Of a DNA stretch of 64,000 nucleotides, positions 1-14,500 are shown piece by piece. The stretch comes from Chrysomallon squamiferum (lineage: Eukaryota; Animalia; Mollusca): the NCBI GenBank assembly GCA_012295275.1, contig CM022671.1, positions 26,722,001 through 26,786,000 on the forward strand. Reading direction: 5' to 3'. A program made the position numbers and the translations under genes. The notes beneath the pieces are model-generated. The model was given only the letters and a program-made list of their open reading frames with translations. It made no database searches and had not been told where the DNA came from. Every line of letters begins with the position of its first letter. Within the stretch, counting starts at the first letter, position 1.

Positions 1-243
1 TTCAAATTTTCAATTTAGTTTTTATTTGTGATGGTGATATTTTCAAAAGCCAACTAAATGTCAAGGCTAATGTTACAGCTATTGTTTGTTCAGCAGTCCA
101 CAGTTTTGCACAGACTGTTATATGTGTAGTAACCGAGAGAAAAGAATAGATTAGCACATGAACATCAAAAATGATTTAAAGGAACCTCATCTGCCTTTTG
201 ATGAGTTGATTTCCTTTCTACATCCTTTTTCATTCTGAAGAAA

Positions 244-277
<34 letters not shown>

Positions 278-724
278 TATGAAATTTAAAACCTTTGGTA
301 AAATGATTGGCCATTAATAAAATATTCATTTTTTGTTTATTAGTTCAGTATTTCAAACAGTTAAGTCTATAAGAAATTATGTTACCGTATTTCATGTTCG
401 ATGACATTGGTACTTGACAAATCTGTAACAGTACTTCTTGTAGTCTTCAGTTCAGTTTCAGGATCGCAAGAGTACAAAAATACATTTTTTCTCTATTCTG
501 TGAACCTAAGGCAAGGAAGGCTTTTTACAGGTTTCCTTTATGACCTAAATAGTCTCAAGTCTGTTTCCATTATTTTCCCCTTGCCATATTTATTTTCATA
601 ACCCTGTGTCTGTAAGAATAATTTCTCAAGTGTTTTCTTGAGCATTTTTCCATTCGATATTGCTTACTCTTGATTGTGTTATAATGGGGAGAAAATATCA
701 CTTCATTTTCACTGTGCTACTATA

Positions 725-797
725 TCCTCCTCCTCCTCCTACTCATCATCATCATCATCATCATCATCATCACTGTCATCATCATTATCATCATCAA
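725..797. repeat. (CCT)n-(CAT)n compound microsatellite
   Basis: Directly visible. Confidence 0.95.
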
Positions 798-1184
798 TGA
801 TGTCATAATCTGCAGGAGGAGAGCTTTAATCCATACTGTATCCTATGGTATAAAATAATTAGATTTAGGGATGCCCAAAGTTGTAAGTGTATGTTATTTA
901 CTCAGCTTGATGGTGTCTGTTTACTAGGTGTCTGTGTTGGTTACTTGAAAGGCACTGAAAACAGTGTGTGGTGTTTTTTATGTAACAGCTGGGAGGCTTT
1001 TCTACTCATCAGGTCCAGGCTACAGGTTCAGACAGATGTTAGAGAAGGAAGACTTGAGAGTGTCTCTCTGGATCTTTGTTTATGTAGATGATATTTCATC
1101 GTTTTGCCTTCATTTGAAATGGATTTTGAAAATTGCTAAGAGATTAAGGTTAATGAGTAATGCCAAAAACTGATTTCAAGTAGC

Positions 1185-1215
<31 letters not shown>

Positions 1216-4200
1216 TAAATTTTATTTTATTTTTTATTATTATTTTTAATGTAATTAATAACAAGAAAAGTGAGAGAACTTCTTATTTGACCTATGTTTT
1301 TCTTTCTTTTCTCTTTTTTTTTTTTCTTTACTCTCATTATTTATTCTAGTAATTTTTCTGATGCACTCTCATATTTTTCTATTTTTCTTTTTTTTTGGAA
1401 TGCCAGTTCTGATTCATTATTTATTTATCCTTGGAAATAATTTAAATATTAGAAATACTGTTAGAAAAAAAGAAATGCTGATAAAGACAGCTGAATCTAT
1501 TTTAATAATGCATGTTTGCATAAGTGAAATCATCCAAAACACAACATACAAAAATGCACAAATATTTTGCCATTAATTTTTGCAAGCATGTCTTGGCTTA
1601 AATATTGAAGAGTTTAAAACTCTTTGTTTCAAAAAAAGAAAACAAACATACACTAAAACAGGCATATTTTATTTTCCCATAAGAATACCACCATTAGATT
1701 AACCCAGGAAAGGCCATTATAATGTTATTATTCAAAACATGCAAATGCATACACTCAGGAATCTCACTTATGTTACTGAAGCAAGCACCACTAAGGATAG
1801 AATAATTCATTTTGACAGATCTGTTTGTAAATTGTAACTAGAGATGTTTATACACAAACACAGATTGTACTTTGATGACAAAATCTCAAATGTATCTAGA
1901 AAAAAGAAAAAAAAAATTCAGGTTAAAATATTGGCCGTATTATTTAACTACTTGTTCAGCAGACAAGAAAATAAAGATTTCTGTGAGATGTCAACCTGGT
2001 GCAGTGTCAGATCATTTCAGATTTGTTTGTACAGTTCTGGACAGTCAACAGGGAATGCTATAAGAAATTTTTTGAAATGTTAAATACTGTTTTTTTCTGT
2101 TGTAAATCTTTATTTTTGAAAAAAAAAAATGAAAAAAAAGTAATAAAATAAAATTTAAATAAATAAATAAAAAAACCTAATAATAATAAAGAACAATTTT
2201 TGAAAATGAAAAGTAAATTATTAAACTAAAAATTTAAGTCTACAGTTTCAAAATGGCATATTTTCAAGAAGTATTAGATTCGGTCAAAGTTGACATCTAA
2301 TTAAAATAAAAAACAACAAAGATATTTCTGATGTGTATTACATACTTGTCTCATCTTTAATATTTGTTTTTATTCTTACAATGGTATTATTCAGTACACC
2401 CACTTAACTGGGTACACTTTTCAAATATAAATATATTCATATGATTCTCATAACTTTTAATTAACAGAAAGTATTTGAAATATATAACTTTAATTTACAG
2501 AATTACAAATAAAGTGTAACTTCAAATGAACAAAAAATACTAGAGTAGCAATAAATGAACACATTAAACAATTTCAGTCATTTCTTTTCTGAAAAACCTT
2601 TCTAAGTCATTTTAAGCACCACCTGATCAATCCACTTTCACACAGAAAGCAGAAAGTGCCTTATAATGATGAAAAAAAAATACTGCCACTTTGTTCAAAA
2701 TGCCAAATTCTGAAGAGTTGGCACTGCTTGCTTGCATTCCAAAGAACCTCTTCTTTTTCTCTCTTTTTTTATCAAAAGTGATTCCAAAGTAGCGACAAGA
2801 AGTCTGGAAGTGAAAAAAAAGAGAGCGAGAAAACTCATCAATTGAATGTAAACTACAGTTGAGTCAATTTTGGGCAGCAGTTGGCCCTCGCACGGTGAGA
2901 AAGGTCTTGATGTCTAAAGAAACCTGTTACAGTGGATTGAAACGAGCCTTGTATGAATGTATTATATCATATTGATCTCATGTCTACACTGTCCACAGTC
3001 TCGGCTTCGGAAAGAATCAAATTTGCAATTGATTTCATTGCACGGCCTGTTGACTGTAAGGAGCTTGTTGAAATGGAGAAATCAACTTGAAGTGAGCGAT
3101 AGGAGAATGATTAGTTTGCCTCTTCTCCGTGCTGTACTTAGGCTAATGCACTGGTCAACACACACCAGCAAAACTGAAACCTTCGCACAGATACTTCAGT
3201 AACATTTTCTTTCTTTTTTCTTGTTATCAGAACTTCTTGGATGGTGTGGCAAAGCAAACATTTTTGCTATATGTTGGTCTCAATTCCCACCTCTCTCATC
3301 TCCGCTGAAAACAAATTGTGGCTGCTAGATGTTATCAGACTTGCAGCAATTTCTCTTTTCGAGATTGTAGTCAAGTAAACATTGTGATAATTTTGTTTAG
3401 GTTTCCTTTAGGTTCTGTGAAATACATCTTTTATCAGAAATCAGCATTATTTATTTTTGGTTTGTTTTAATTTAGAAGACAGTTTTTATTTATTTATTTT
3501 TTTATTTATATTTTTTGTTTTTAAAGTAAATTATAATTTAGCTTGCTTTCTAAGAAGAACGCTTTTTTCTGTTTTCTTTAGAACGTTTTTTGATCATGAT
3601 TATTTTTTTAATACTTTAATATATATATCTGTGTTTGTAAGATTGTGTGTATGTATCTGTATATATAAACACCATTTATACTAATACACAAAAAAATAGT
3701 TCACATATGAAAATAAAAAACAAACACATCAGAGTACATTCTGTAGCTTCCCTATCTCTTTCCAATAGTAAACAATCTTTCCATCCAGTCCCCATCTCCC
3801 CAGTAGCTAATAATATCTGATCCTTGATATGAAATTAACTAAATGGAAAACTTTTCTTTCATAGCAGACAGACTTTTTCCCCACAGAATCATAAAGCTAA
3901 TCTTTGTCGGTCAGAATAACATGTTATCTGGCAACTCAATACTTCAACTCTTTTTACCTTAAACTACGAAAAAGGAATTTTTAACCAATTACTGATAACA
4001 GATTTTTATAGTGTAACTAAATGCAGGCAATCATAGGGCTAATCTTTATGCGCCTTAGTGGTAGCAGTACTTCGTAGTGACTTTCGCATCAGAAGTAATT
4101 CTGAAAGCTGTGATACTCTCAACAGTATCTGGCATAGTGACAATAGTTCCGACATATTGATGTATTGTTTCATTTAAAAGTGGTTTTGTTTTTGCCTATG

Positions 4201-7200
4201 TTTCAGAGGCAGTAGATGTGTTTCTTCTTCAGTTTGCTTATTTTGTGATTGATTCAAGAACATTTGTTGCCATGAAAAAAAAAAGGGGGGAAAAAAGAAA
4301 TGTTAATGAACTTATTTTTTAGGAAGATAGCATAAAAGTTTTATATATATATATAAATGCACTAGAAGTTTATAAGTTATGACTGCTAAATAAGGTTTTC
4401 AGAAGAATCTAAGAAGATGTATGCACATACATTTATGAGGGTGGTATGGTTGGTTATGTATTTATATAACGACAATTAATAATGTTGAATTGTTAAATGA
4501 AGTACAGTTAATAATTTAATATGTTAAACAGTTACGATTATAATGCTGTTAATATAAATGCAATTTGCAATATCATTTAGCTGTGTCTAATGTTTTTGCA
4601 CACCTAATTGTTAAATAACTATTAGGTATTAGGTTATTAATGGAATCACACTAAAAGTATCTTGGAAATCTGAAGTACAGTGGCTTCTAATGTTTATTCA
4701 ATGAGGCAGAACTACTGTTATGTGATGGCAAAAGCGGATGTCTATGATGGCTAAACGGGCCCTCAGTGGGACCACAGAAATTATTATTCTGAAGATGTAT
4801 TTCAGCCTTTATTTTATTATATACTTTTTCAAACTCTCTATGAAAAAGAGAACCAGCTTCTAAAAATATATATTGAAAGAAAAAAGAAACAACTTGTTAG
4901 AAGCAACCATTTTATTGGAAAAGCTATTTTTTCTTTCTTGTGTTTTTTTGTTTTTTTTCTTCTTTTTTTTTTCTTCTTCCTTGAAAGATAGCTAGTTCTC
5001 AACTGCAGTGTGAAATGGAATTGTTACATCTGTATGTCAAGAAATGAGTTATAACCTGTTTTCTCTTGTTCTCTAACAGTGTGCTGGGATACAGTTACAG
5101 GCCAGCAGACTGACTGACTGTACAGGCAGTGCAGATTTACACATGCTTTACATTTACTAACAGTTCAGAATTTCTACAGGGGGTCACAACTGAAAATAAC
5201 AACATTTTCGTTTTTACGTTTTGTACGTTTTTCACCCTTGTGAATGTATCAGTTTACATACACACAACATGAATTTTCCATGAGAAAATGTCCACAGTAT
5301 TTCATAGTAATTACACGTTTTGCTGGGGTTTTTTGCTTTAAACTCATTTAGTGGTTAGGTTTATGTTTATGCTTATTACCATTGTTAATTCTTTTTTATG
5401 ATCACATGAGAGCTTGGTCATAACATGAAGTCTATATATTTTTTGTTTTCTCAGTCTTTAATCTATCTCTTCTGTATTAATTTTCTCTACACATAAGACT
5501 TCCTGATACTCTTGTGTGTAACTGATGTAACATTTATGCAAATGATCTATATCTGTCTGCCTGTTTCAAATTCATGCAAAAATATACAAGCACACACGCA
5601 AAGAGAAATAATTAATACATACATACATGCACACAGACACAAATGTTTCTATTTATTCTAATGAGCAATGTTTGTTGCCATCTTTCAAAACTGAAAGTTA
5701 CATATTAAGAGTGATGAGATGTACTCAGTGAAATATGTTGTTGGCTATCAGATGTGATTATATCACAATATGTCATCAGCATGTCCATGTAATGCATTCT
5801 GAATGGCGCTACTGTGTTCTGTAACCATCAGACATTTTCTGGAAAAGCATTAAGATTTTTGTCTTCATCATAATGGGAGTCGCAACATGAACGTGTCAAT
5901 ACCAATATGCTCTCCTTTTCATCCAACAGCATCTCAACAAACTCTGTTGTTTTCACTTGTTCTTTTTCGTTTACATTTCTGTCGTTATTTCTTAAAAGGT
6001 TTTCATGAATTGTTGATGCTGGAATACAACAGTTTCTTATTGATTTTGACAAATACGACAAAAGCTATAACTGTAATATAAATGTTTAATGAATCCTAGA
6101 TTTCTTATCTTGGTGAAATAATTGTGAACTGAACTCGGCACATATCCTACCTGTGTGGTATACAGACATAAGGCACCAGCAAGATGTCATCAACTTTGGG
6201 TTATCATTTACATAGCTAATGTTTCCATTGAAAAGTGATTAATGATATGTTCTTGGCAATATTTTTGAAGATAAACATTTTTTCACCAGACTTTCTTATT
6301 TAATTTCATGCAGATTTGCCTTACAATGAATGATGTTATATACAATCCATGAATCCATAGAAAATTGCAGATGGATATTTTATTTTATTTGCTTTATGTT
6401 TTATTATTAAACAAATTTAATAATTGGTTGGTTCTTTTTTTCATATAAAAATATATATTAATCTGTTGCTTTGTCCCATGTTTTTGTGTGTTTCTTTTTG
6501 TTTGTTTTAGAATAATTTGTTTGTATTTTTTTTTAATAAATGTCTTGCTATATTCCATATTTGTCTGATGAACGTTTCTGTTTCTCTGTAAATCTTTCCA
6601 CGTTTATAGCAACAATAATGAACACCATTGTTGTCTCCTCTTTCTTGTGAACACTGCATTCAAGGTCAAGGTCATGTAGTATAATTCAGAAAACAAAATC
6701 CTTTTTCAAGTTCATGTGCACACTTTCCTCAAAGACGGAATGATTACCTGTGCAAATAGACTTTTTTCATATCACATACTTGCTGTTGTCATGGTGCCCC
6801 TACAGACATCAAGGCTGGCTTGTTTGTGACAACTGTCTATTGTCAGAATCCTCTGTGGGTAAATAATGAAGGCTCCTCCTGCATTATTTGTCATGGTCAC
6901 TTTCACAGTTCTAATCCTGTGTGGCTGGGTCAAGCTGCTTGTATTCTGTCCTGTGTGTGATGAGGACAACTAAAACTGACCAGTCGTTTTTGTTAGCAGG
7001 TTTTTCTTTTCACTTAGGTTGTCAGATTAACAAGAAACCTGTTATTTTAGTAACATGACTTGTTTTTGCTTTCCCCTATGTGTCATTTTTATCTGTTGCT
7101 GAATGTAATTGTTGGATTAGGCAATACAAGAGATAACATTTTTACTTCCTTGAAATTTGTATGCAGTTCAGCTTAAGCTATTTAACTGTTGACAAATGTT

Positions 7201-10200
7201 GTTTGTTTTTGTTTTTTTGGGGTGTTTTTAGGAGAAAGAAAAATGTGTTCAAAGGAAATATATCTGAACCTTTTTGTGAAATAAAAAGGATTAAAAAATA
7301 CAACCAAAGAAAACCTTATAGGAACCAATAATTAAAATAAATATATAAATAAATAAATAAAATTAAAAAACATATTATGCTTTACTATTACAATTATTTT
7401 TGGGGGTTATTTAAATTATGGTTAATGTTCCTGATGCACAATTCAAATACATATGAAGTCATTAGGTATCAGATATATTTCACAGCCAGAATTGTGTTGT
7501 TTTGGTTGTATCATACAACCTGTAGACATTATTCTGAGACTTGCAGCATCATCATTTCCCTGACTCCATTTCTCTTAAGATTATTGCCAAGACATAAGAA
7601 AAAAACATTATATAGGACTTGCTAAGTAGTGCTTTGTTTGCATAATATTTATGTTTATAGACCTGTTTTCTCATTAATGTTTGTCTGAACAATAAACATA
7701 TGGCATCCCACTGGAAACATAATAGTGTTTCTCACAGGAACACATTGTAGGTCTTCCAGACATAAATAAAACATGATCTACACAGGGATACAAAAAAAAA
7801 GAGGTATTTATGACAGTGGTAAAATAATCATTCATATCTTGGTTTCTAGCTGTGATCAGAATGTTCAGATGTGATTTGAAAATAACTTTTATACAAAAGC
7901 TTATTATTTCACTTCACTTGAAAATCAAAAGGTGTTAATAACTGGTCTGAAGTATGTGCTTGATGCATATGGAACATGAGAAAATAAGATTACTTACTGT
8001 TCTGTGAAAAGTGATTATACAGGTTTCCCAATACATATATATAAAAAAAGAAAGAAGATATTTATCTGTTAATATTAAAATTTCTTGTGTTATTGTTAAA
8101 AAAATGCATGCATTCCATACATACATTTCAAATGTGACATAATCGTCTAATAGAAAAAAGAAAGAAAAATTTTAAACTATTTAAATTTTTGGCACACCCA
8201 TCCAACCTTTGACAATCTCATACTTGTACTTTGAAGATGTCAGCATGAAAGGAACTTGGTGACAACCCAAGCAAACAGTGTCTTAGAAGTAAAAAATTCC
8301 TCTGTCTGTGTGTGTACATGTACTTTGCATGTTAGAGGACAGACAAGTACAGTAATATAAGTCCACTCAACATTCCACTGGCTGTATTCCATATGTTGTT
8401 TTTTTTCTTCTTTTTTTACATACCATGTCTTCAAGTGTGTTAAGTAGTCTGACATTTTATACTGATATAAGCAGTATGATATGTATGTTTTGAGCTTAAT
8501 AGTTTTAAAAGGTTTATTCTTTTATGAGTTTCTTTAATAATATGAATTATATTTAAAAAAAAAAAAACATATCAAAAAAAGAAAATCAAATCAACATAGT
8601 AATTAAAGTAAATAATAACAATGATGATCAAAATTATTTAAAACATATTTAAAAGGAATCTTTCTCAAGTAATATTTGGCAAAGTGTACTGATATCTCTT
8701 AACATCTTGTGTTCATTGTTTATCAATTACTAAAATGTTAAGGAACCCAGACAGCCATTTTCAAAGAATTTTTGAGAACATGTAGGGTTCAAGAGTGATT
8801 GAGAATAAAGATAAAGTTAGAATGGGCTAATCATGAACAATATGTATTGAAGGTAACAACTTAACTAAATGCCTCACTGTTGTATCTCACCCATAAGTAG
8901 AAAAATGTCACTGTGAAGGGTCCTTCAGCCAATCAAGATAAGACATAAAATGTGTGCCTAGGTTATCTGAGTAGCTGAGAAAACAGAAATAACTGAGTGG
9001 TGAATACAGATGTTAATATCTATAACCATCTTGTATATACAGGATTTATATAACAGTTTGACAATGACATACTAACATGAACAACACCTGTGTATTTCAA
9101 AAATATTACATAATTATCTGTAAGGTGTAGAATTTTAAAAATATATTAAGATGTTTATTAGTCTTAACTTAGATACTTGAAAGCAGAATAGAGTATCTTC
9201 TACAGCAATATAATTTGTTAAATTCTTTGATACATACATTTCTATTTTTGTTTTTATTGGCGTAACAATCAAATACATTAGTCAAAGTCATTGGTTTGTA
9301 GGTCTTGCAATCCTGACAGTGAGAAATAGGTGCACGAGAACACTTTAATAGCATCTGATTAAATTTGCTGCTTTGTAATAAGATTCTGTTCAAGTTTTAA
9401 TAGGACTTTTATCCTGCCCTACAGGTATTGTAATGTCATCTAATTTTGACTTGAAATGGAAGCCTTATGGGTTGTAAGACTAAACTGATACATGTGTATT
9501 TATATACAAGATCAGCTGCCAGTAATTTTAATTAAAGTAAACAAGCATTATAGTTGGAGAAATAAATAAAATTTAAAAGAAAAAAGAAAAAAGTTCAATA
9601 GCCAGAAGAAATTGTGTAGTTTGAGGAATACTGGCACTGTATTGTTGAACCTGGCACTAACTCATCAGCATGCAGGGCTTGCTGATATCTGATGATACCT
9701 GCTGATGCCTGTTGATGCCTCAAGCAATACTTCATGAGAGCAATAAACATGTCCTAGATGTTTTGGCTAAAGTTTTGTCTTCTTTTTTTTTCTCCTTTCA
9801 CTAATTTTTTTTTTTTTTTTTTTTTTTTGTCAATGAAATTAGCCTGTTAAGATTATTTCTGTTCTGACATTTGGAATCTGGTTGTAAGATTCTTCAAATT
9901 AGAATCTATATCTGTTCAGTAATATTTAAAATACTTTTGCAGTGGTGTAATTAGTTCAGGTTTATTATTTGTTGCCAGGAATAGTTTTTAAATAAATTGT
10001 GGTGTTTCACTTATTTTTGGAAGATTTAATAACAGATATTTTGGTAATACATTTGTCTGTGTATTTGGCTATCTGCATGCAAAAGAAAGATTAATCTTGA
10101 AATAAGTAATTAATGCATTTCTTAATCAGGAATTAACTTACAGTCTGTTATAAACATTTCTTGGGTTATTCCCAGCGAATTACAAGTAAATCCTTTTCAT

Positions 10201-11152
10201 TACTTAAAATAAAATAGAAACCTGCCAAGTAACAAAATGATCACTGGAATTCAGTTTACCAAAATAAAAAATAGATATCTAAGTAATTTCTCTTATCAGT
10301 TTCAGTAGACTATTTCTGTACTCTATCATGGTCAGGCTTGACCGGTGCTAAAGATCCAGACAAGGTCTAGACACTGCCAGAACCCTGTTTAACCTCTCAG
10401 ATTCCATAATTAATTTTCCACTTCCATTGTACCCAGCTACAGGTAGCTCTGAGGTCACCTGAGAGCCCAGCAGCAGGCTCTGGCAAGTCTTCATTGTGCT
10501 AGCAAACCTGGAATTGGATTGAGACTCTAATCTCTAAACATTATTTCAGTTCTCAATGGTGAATCTTAATTCCATCTTTTGTATTATGAGCTGTACATGC
10601 CTCCTGGTTCCAGCTGACTGGATGTGACTGTTGATGTTTGCTTTAACACATACTACTGACTCAGTGTATGGTGCACATCCACATTATACAGTCAAAATTA
10701 CAGTATTTGGTCATCCATGCATTTTCCAGTCAATTTCCTACAGGATTAGCAAAGCTTTGCTTGCTGGGCATTTGACCAGAGCCGTGACAGGTATTTGCGA
10801 CTGTTAGTTACAAATCCTATAAAGCCATCCCATCAGGTATTCATTGCAGCACTGTGTGCATTAGCCAGGAGTGTGCAGTGGCAGTAACTGTCATCGAATT
10901 ACATGACAGGTTTTGAGCTGCTTGACCACAAGTTGACCACAGGTCGAATTAACCAGTGCATGATGAACAATAGGGCGTGTTTGTTTCTGATCAAAATTGT
11001 GTCCAGACTCATTATCTGCATATCCATTTCCAATATCCACTTTTAATGAACATGGAAAAATACTTTAAAACATTGGACATTGATTGATAAGTACATAGAT
11101 AATTATGTATATATAGACTCCCTCTTCAGTTAAAAGTCTGGAAGCTACAATC

Positions 11153-11156
<4 letters not shown>

Positions 11157-11192
<36 letters not shown>

Positions 11193-11226
11193 GTGTGTTT
11201 GTTTGTTTGTTTGTTTGCTTGTTTGC
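11157..11226. repeat. (TG)n-(GTTT)n microsatellite
   Basis: Directly visible. Confidence 0.95.
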
Positions 11227-11379
11227 TATTATGTTTTAAATAAAACATTTGTAATTAACATTCTGGAAAGTTACAAGTTTTCTATTATGAAGGTTAACCA
11301 GTTACCTTTCAACTAGCATTAACAGTAACTTTCAATACATTCACAATTTCAGAAAAAAACATTTTGAGTACACATATAT

Positions 11380-11585
11380 GCAGAATTACACAGGAATGTT
11401 TATCAACCATAGAAAAAAAATTACTTGTAAGTAATATAGTTTTACAGGGATCCCATTTTGTTTATTATCTTGTGATTAAATTAGTTCAGAATTATGCAGA
11501 AACATTTATTAACCATTGAAAAAAAATAACAAAGTTGTAAAGCAAATAATACATTTTTCCTTATTGACTTGCGATTAAATTTGTG
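11380..11585. repeat. Diverged tandem duplication, unit about 107 bp
   Basis: cagaatta...tttat.aaccat.gaaaaaaaa...ttgtaa...cttg.gattaaatt occurs twice, starting near 11381 and 11487. Confidence 0.75.
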
Positions 11586-14500
11586 CACTGCAGTAGACTT
11601 TACTCTATTGTAGTATGTTTGCCTTTGGCCATTTGTCATTCAATCAGGACTGATTTGTGACACATCTGACTTCACTCTGACCTTCTCTTCACTATTGATT
11701 GGCAAGCACAAGACAGAACATTTAATGAAAGATTACTTTTTCTACGAAACTTGTTGGAGCTTCATGCCTTTCATTTACACACGATCTGACCCTTGCAAGA
11801 GAGGCTAAAATGTTGGCATGTCTGTTCAAGTGTATCCTCGGAGGCCTGTTTCCAGTGCTGATGACAAAATGATTACAGAAGCTCTCCAAGACGGTTCAGA
11901 TTGCTCTGCACATCAAACCCGGGAGTGGGTAGACGGGGAAGTAGGTGGAGAAATTGGCATTTTATTGGTCAGAGTGTTTGGTCTTGACTTGCACATTAAG
12001 ACCACTTTGATGACCAGCGATGGCTTTTTATGTACATACTCGGTGTCAGGTTAAAACATGCAGATTTCTTTTATTAACAGTCTTTTTCTGCTGATTTCCA
12101 GTACAGATCCTCTTACTGTTGTTCACTTGAGTTCTGTAAGTCAGATGGGATAAACTTTGGAAAACTGTCTTCTGACTTACTTCAGTTATCTCAGTAAGAT
12201 TTGATAAACAGGGGTCAGTTGATTTATCATTTACTTCAGTTCTCTAAGACAAATGGCTTTTGTTGAATACTTTTTAATCGTGGATTTATCTTGCAAGGTC
12301 TGGCAGCAGCTAAAAGTACTTTCTCAGTGCAGATAACACTGAAATTCATTGAAACAATATGAAAACATTGATACTGGAACAATTATTTTAAAAGCAATGT
12401 GTATATATAAAGATTTTTCAAGAACTGAAAATGTCTTATAATTGCTTGCGATGTCTTGAGTTAATAAAAAAAAAAAAATGAAGATGAAGATAACAGATCT
12501 TAAATGTACTGATTCTATGCTGATAACAAATCAGCTAATTATTTGTTACTTTATAATTCCTTGTAATTTAATGTTTTATATACATGAAATTAAATAAATG
12601 TATCAGCTGTGAATGCAATTTGTAAAAGTCTAGACAGGATATCTGCTGATCGAGGCAGGATATTTTTCTGGCTGAGCCATCTTGATGCTATAAATTGATA
12701 GAGAAAATAAACCCATCAATTATTGGTAATTAAGAAAAGCAGTAAATCCATACAGTAAACAAACTACTGCTAATGTGCACATCGAAAACACTCTTAGGTT
12801 TAATTTTCAAACCCTGCACGCTGGAAGCCATTCTACTGTGGTTTAACAATTACAGCAAATTGACATTCGCTAATGAATTTAATGGTGATAAACATTGTTC
12901 TGCCAGCTTTAATGGAAATGCCCATCAAGCAACCATCGTTAATCTCTGTGTTACACGTACGTGTCCAGTGCATGTCCAATTGGTATGGTCATCAATCAAT
13001 AGCAAGTGGTCAAACTGACCAGTGGTGACAGTGTTTGTTCAGGCATCCTAGCCTGTTTGTATGATGACACAAATTGACAATTGTGTCCCAACGTTATGAA
13101 GAAAATTGAAGAGTTCTGTCCATCAGAATTCAATTGACTGAATGCTATCTCATTTGAATTATGAAAATCTGATAAAGTATCTTGATTTTATTTACTCTGG
13201 TCCGAATGTTTGCCCTCACAGAAAACCAGGGGAAATTGTCCCAGTGGATAAGTGAATCATTGCTGTGGACAGACCATGGAGATGCTGGGAATGAGAAAAA
13301 TTGTGGTTTTTCCGCAGAATAACTCACAGACATTATGATTGATGAAGAGCAATCAGAATATTCTCCTGTGTAATTTACTAAAATCTAAATAATAATCTGT
13401 AAACCACATTTGTGTTTATGTACAAAACAAAATCAAAAAGACATTCAGGATGTCATTCAGTCATCAAAATTGTCCTTCATTTAATTTAGTTTCTGCTCAG
13501 AGTTACTGTTTAAAAAATTTAAGGTTCTTTATATTCTATCCTTATGAAGGAATCTGATTTCTTTATTACTATCTAGATTCTGTTTCCAGAATGTTAGTAC
13601 TTTGATTATTTTCTCTTGATTTGTTTGGCCGTTGTTTCCAACTAACTAGTAGGAGTAACCCTACTGAGTGGTTCAGTGAAGTTATTATCCATAATTAAAG
13701 ATTGAAGTTTAATTATTCATAATTATTCATGTTGCAATAATAAATTATTTTTGGTAGATATAAATGTACTTTTTATAGTTATGAATCTGTTTGGCTTGTG
13801 AAGATATTAGAAAAGCCTGATGTAAAATTTGTATAAAATTATAATTATAAAAATGCTTAAATCAGTAGTTGAATATAATTGTAAAAGTGGTTTAGTTAAC
13901 AAATATTAAGAAATGAAAACAAATAGCTCAGAAATATTTAAAAATGGAATTTAAAAAAAAATAATAATAAAATGTGCTCATTTTAAGAATATTAACAAAT
14001 AAAAATGTGCTTTATAAAAACAAATGTTAACATAAAGACAAATGTTAATTAAATGAAATTCACACCTACATTTGATGCTACACTAACAACAGATGTTTGC
14101 TTGAACATGGAACAAGGATCAAGTGATTTTAGCTCTGATTCAGATTTGTTTGTTGTTCAGTACATACTCATTGATCCTACGTGGAAGTGATTGATTCCTC
14201 ATCATTGACGAAGCTCTCTGCGGGGCAGCACACACACACTTGTCTTGTTTGCCCTCATCTTACCCCAGTGGTGCTGCACTAAGAGGAATTGAAACAGTGC
14301 TCCAGTGTAATTAGTACCTCTGATAGAGTAGCGTCAAGATCATTCAGTGGCTGTTTACTTTTTCCATGATAAAAAAAATACACATTACTAACCAGCTGAG
14401 ATAATAACCACTGATTTATAGTGAAGTCTATGAGGCCAGTTCCAAGTTGTGAGAACCATTTTAGTAAAAAAAAGATTTTAAAAATTGTATTCCAAAGTTA

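Noticed and set aside
9405-9430. Other AG|GT juxtapositions (cctacag|gtattg at 9424; cttgcag|gtactg at 25000)
   Set aside because: The regenerated donors are weak and such sites are expected by chance.
11667-11683. DR5-like element (AGGTCA-n5-AAGTCA on the minus strand)
   Set aside because: One half-site breaks the RGKTCA consensus, so this is a chance-level match.
12136-12180. 10-bp perfect inverted repeat (gtaagtcaga...tctgacttac) hiding a GTAAGT donor
   Set aside because: A few such stems are expected by chance in 64 kb of AT-rich DNA; it is too short for a miRNA and the implied exons break the frame.
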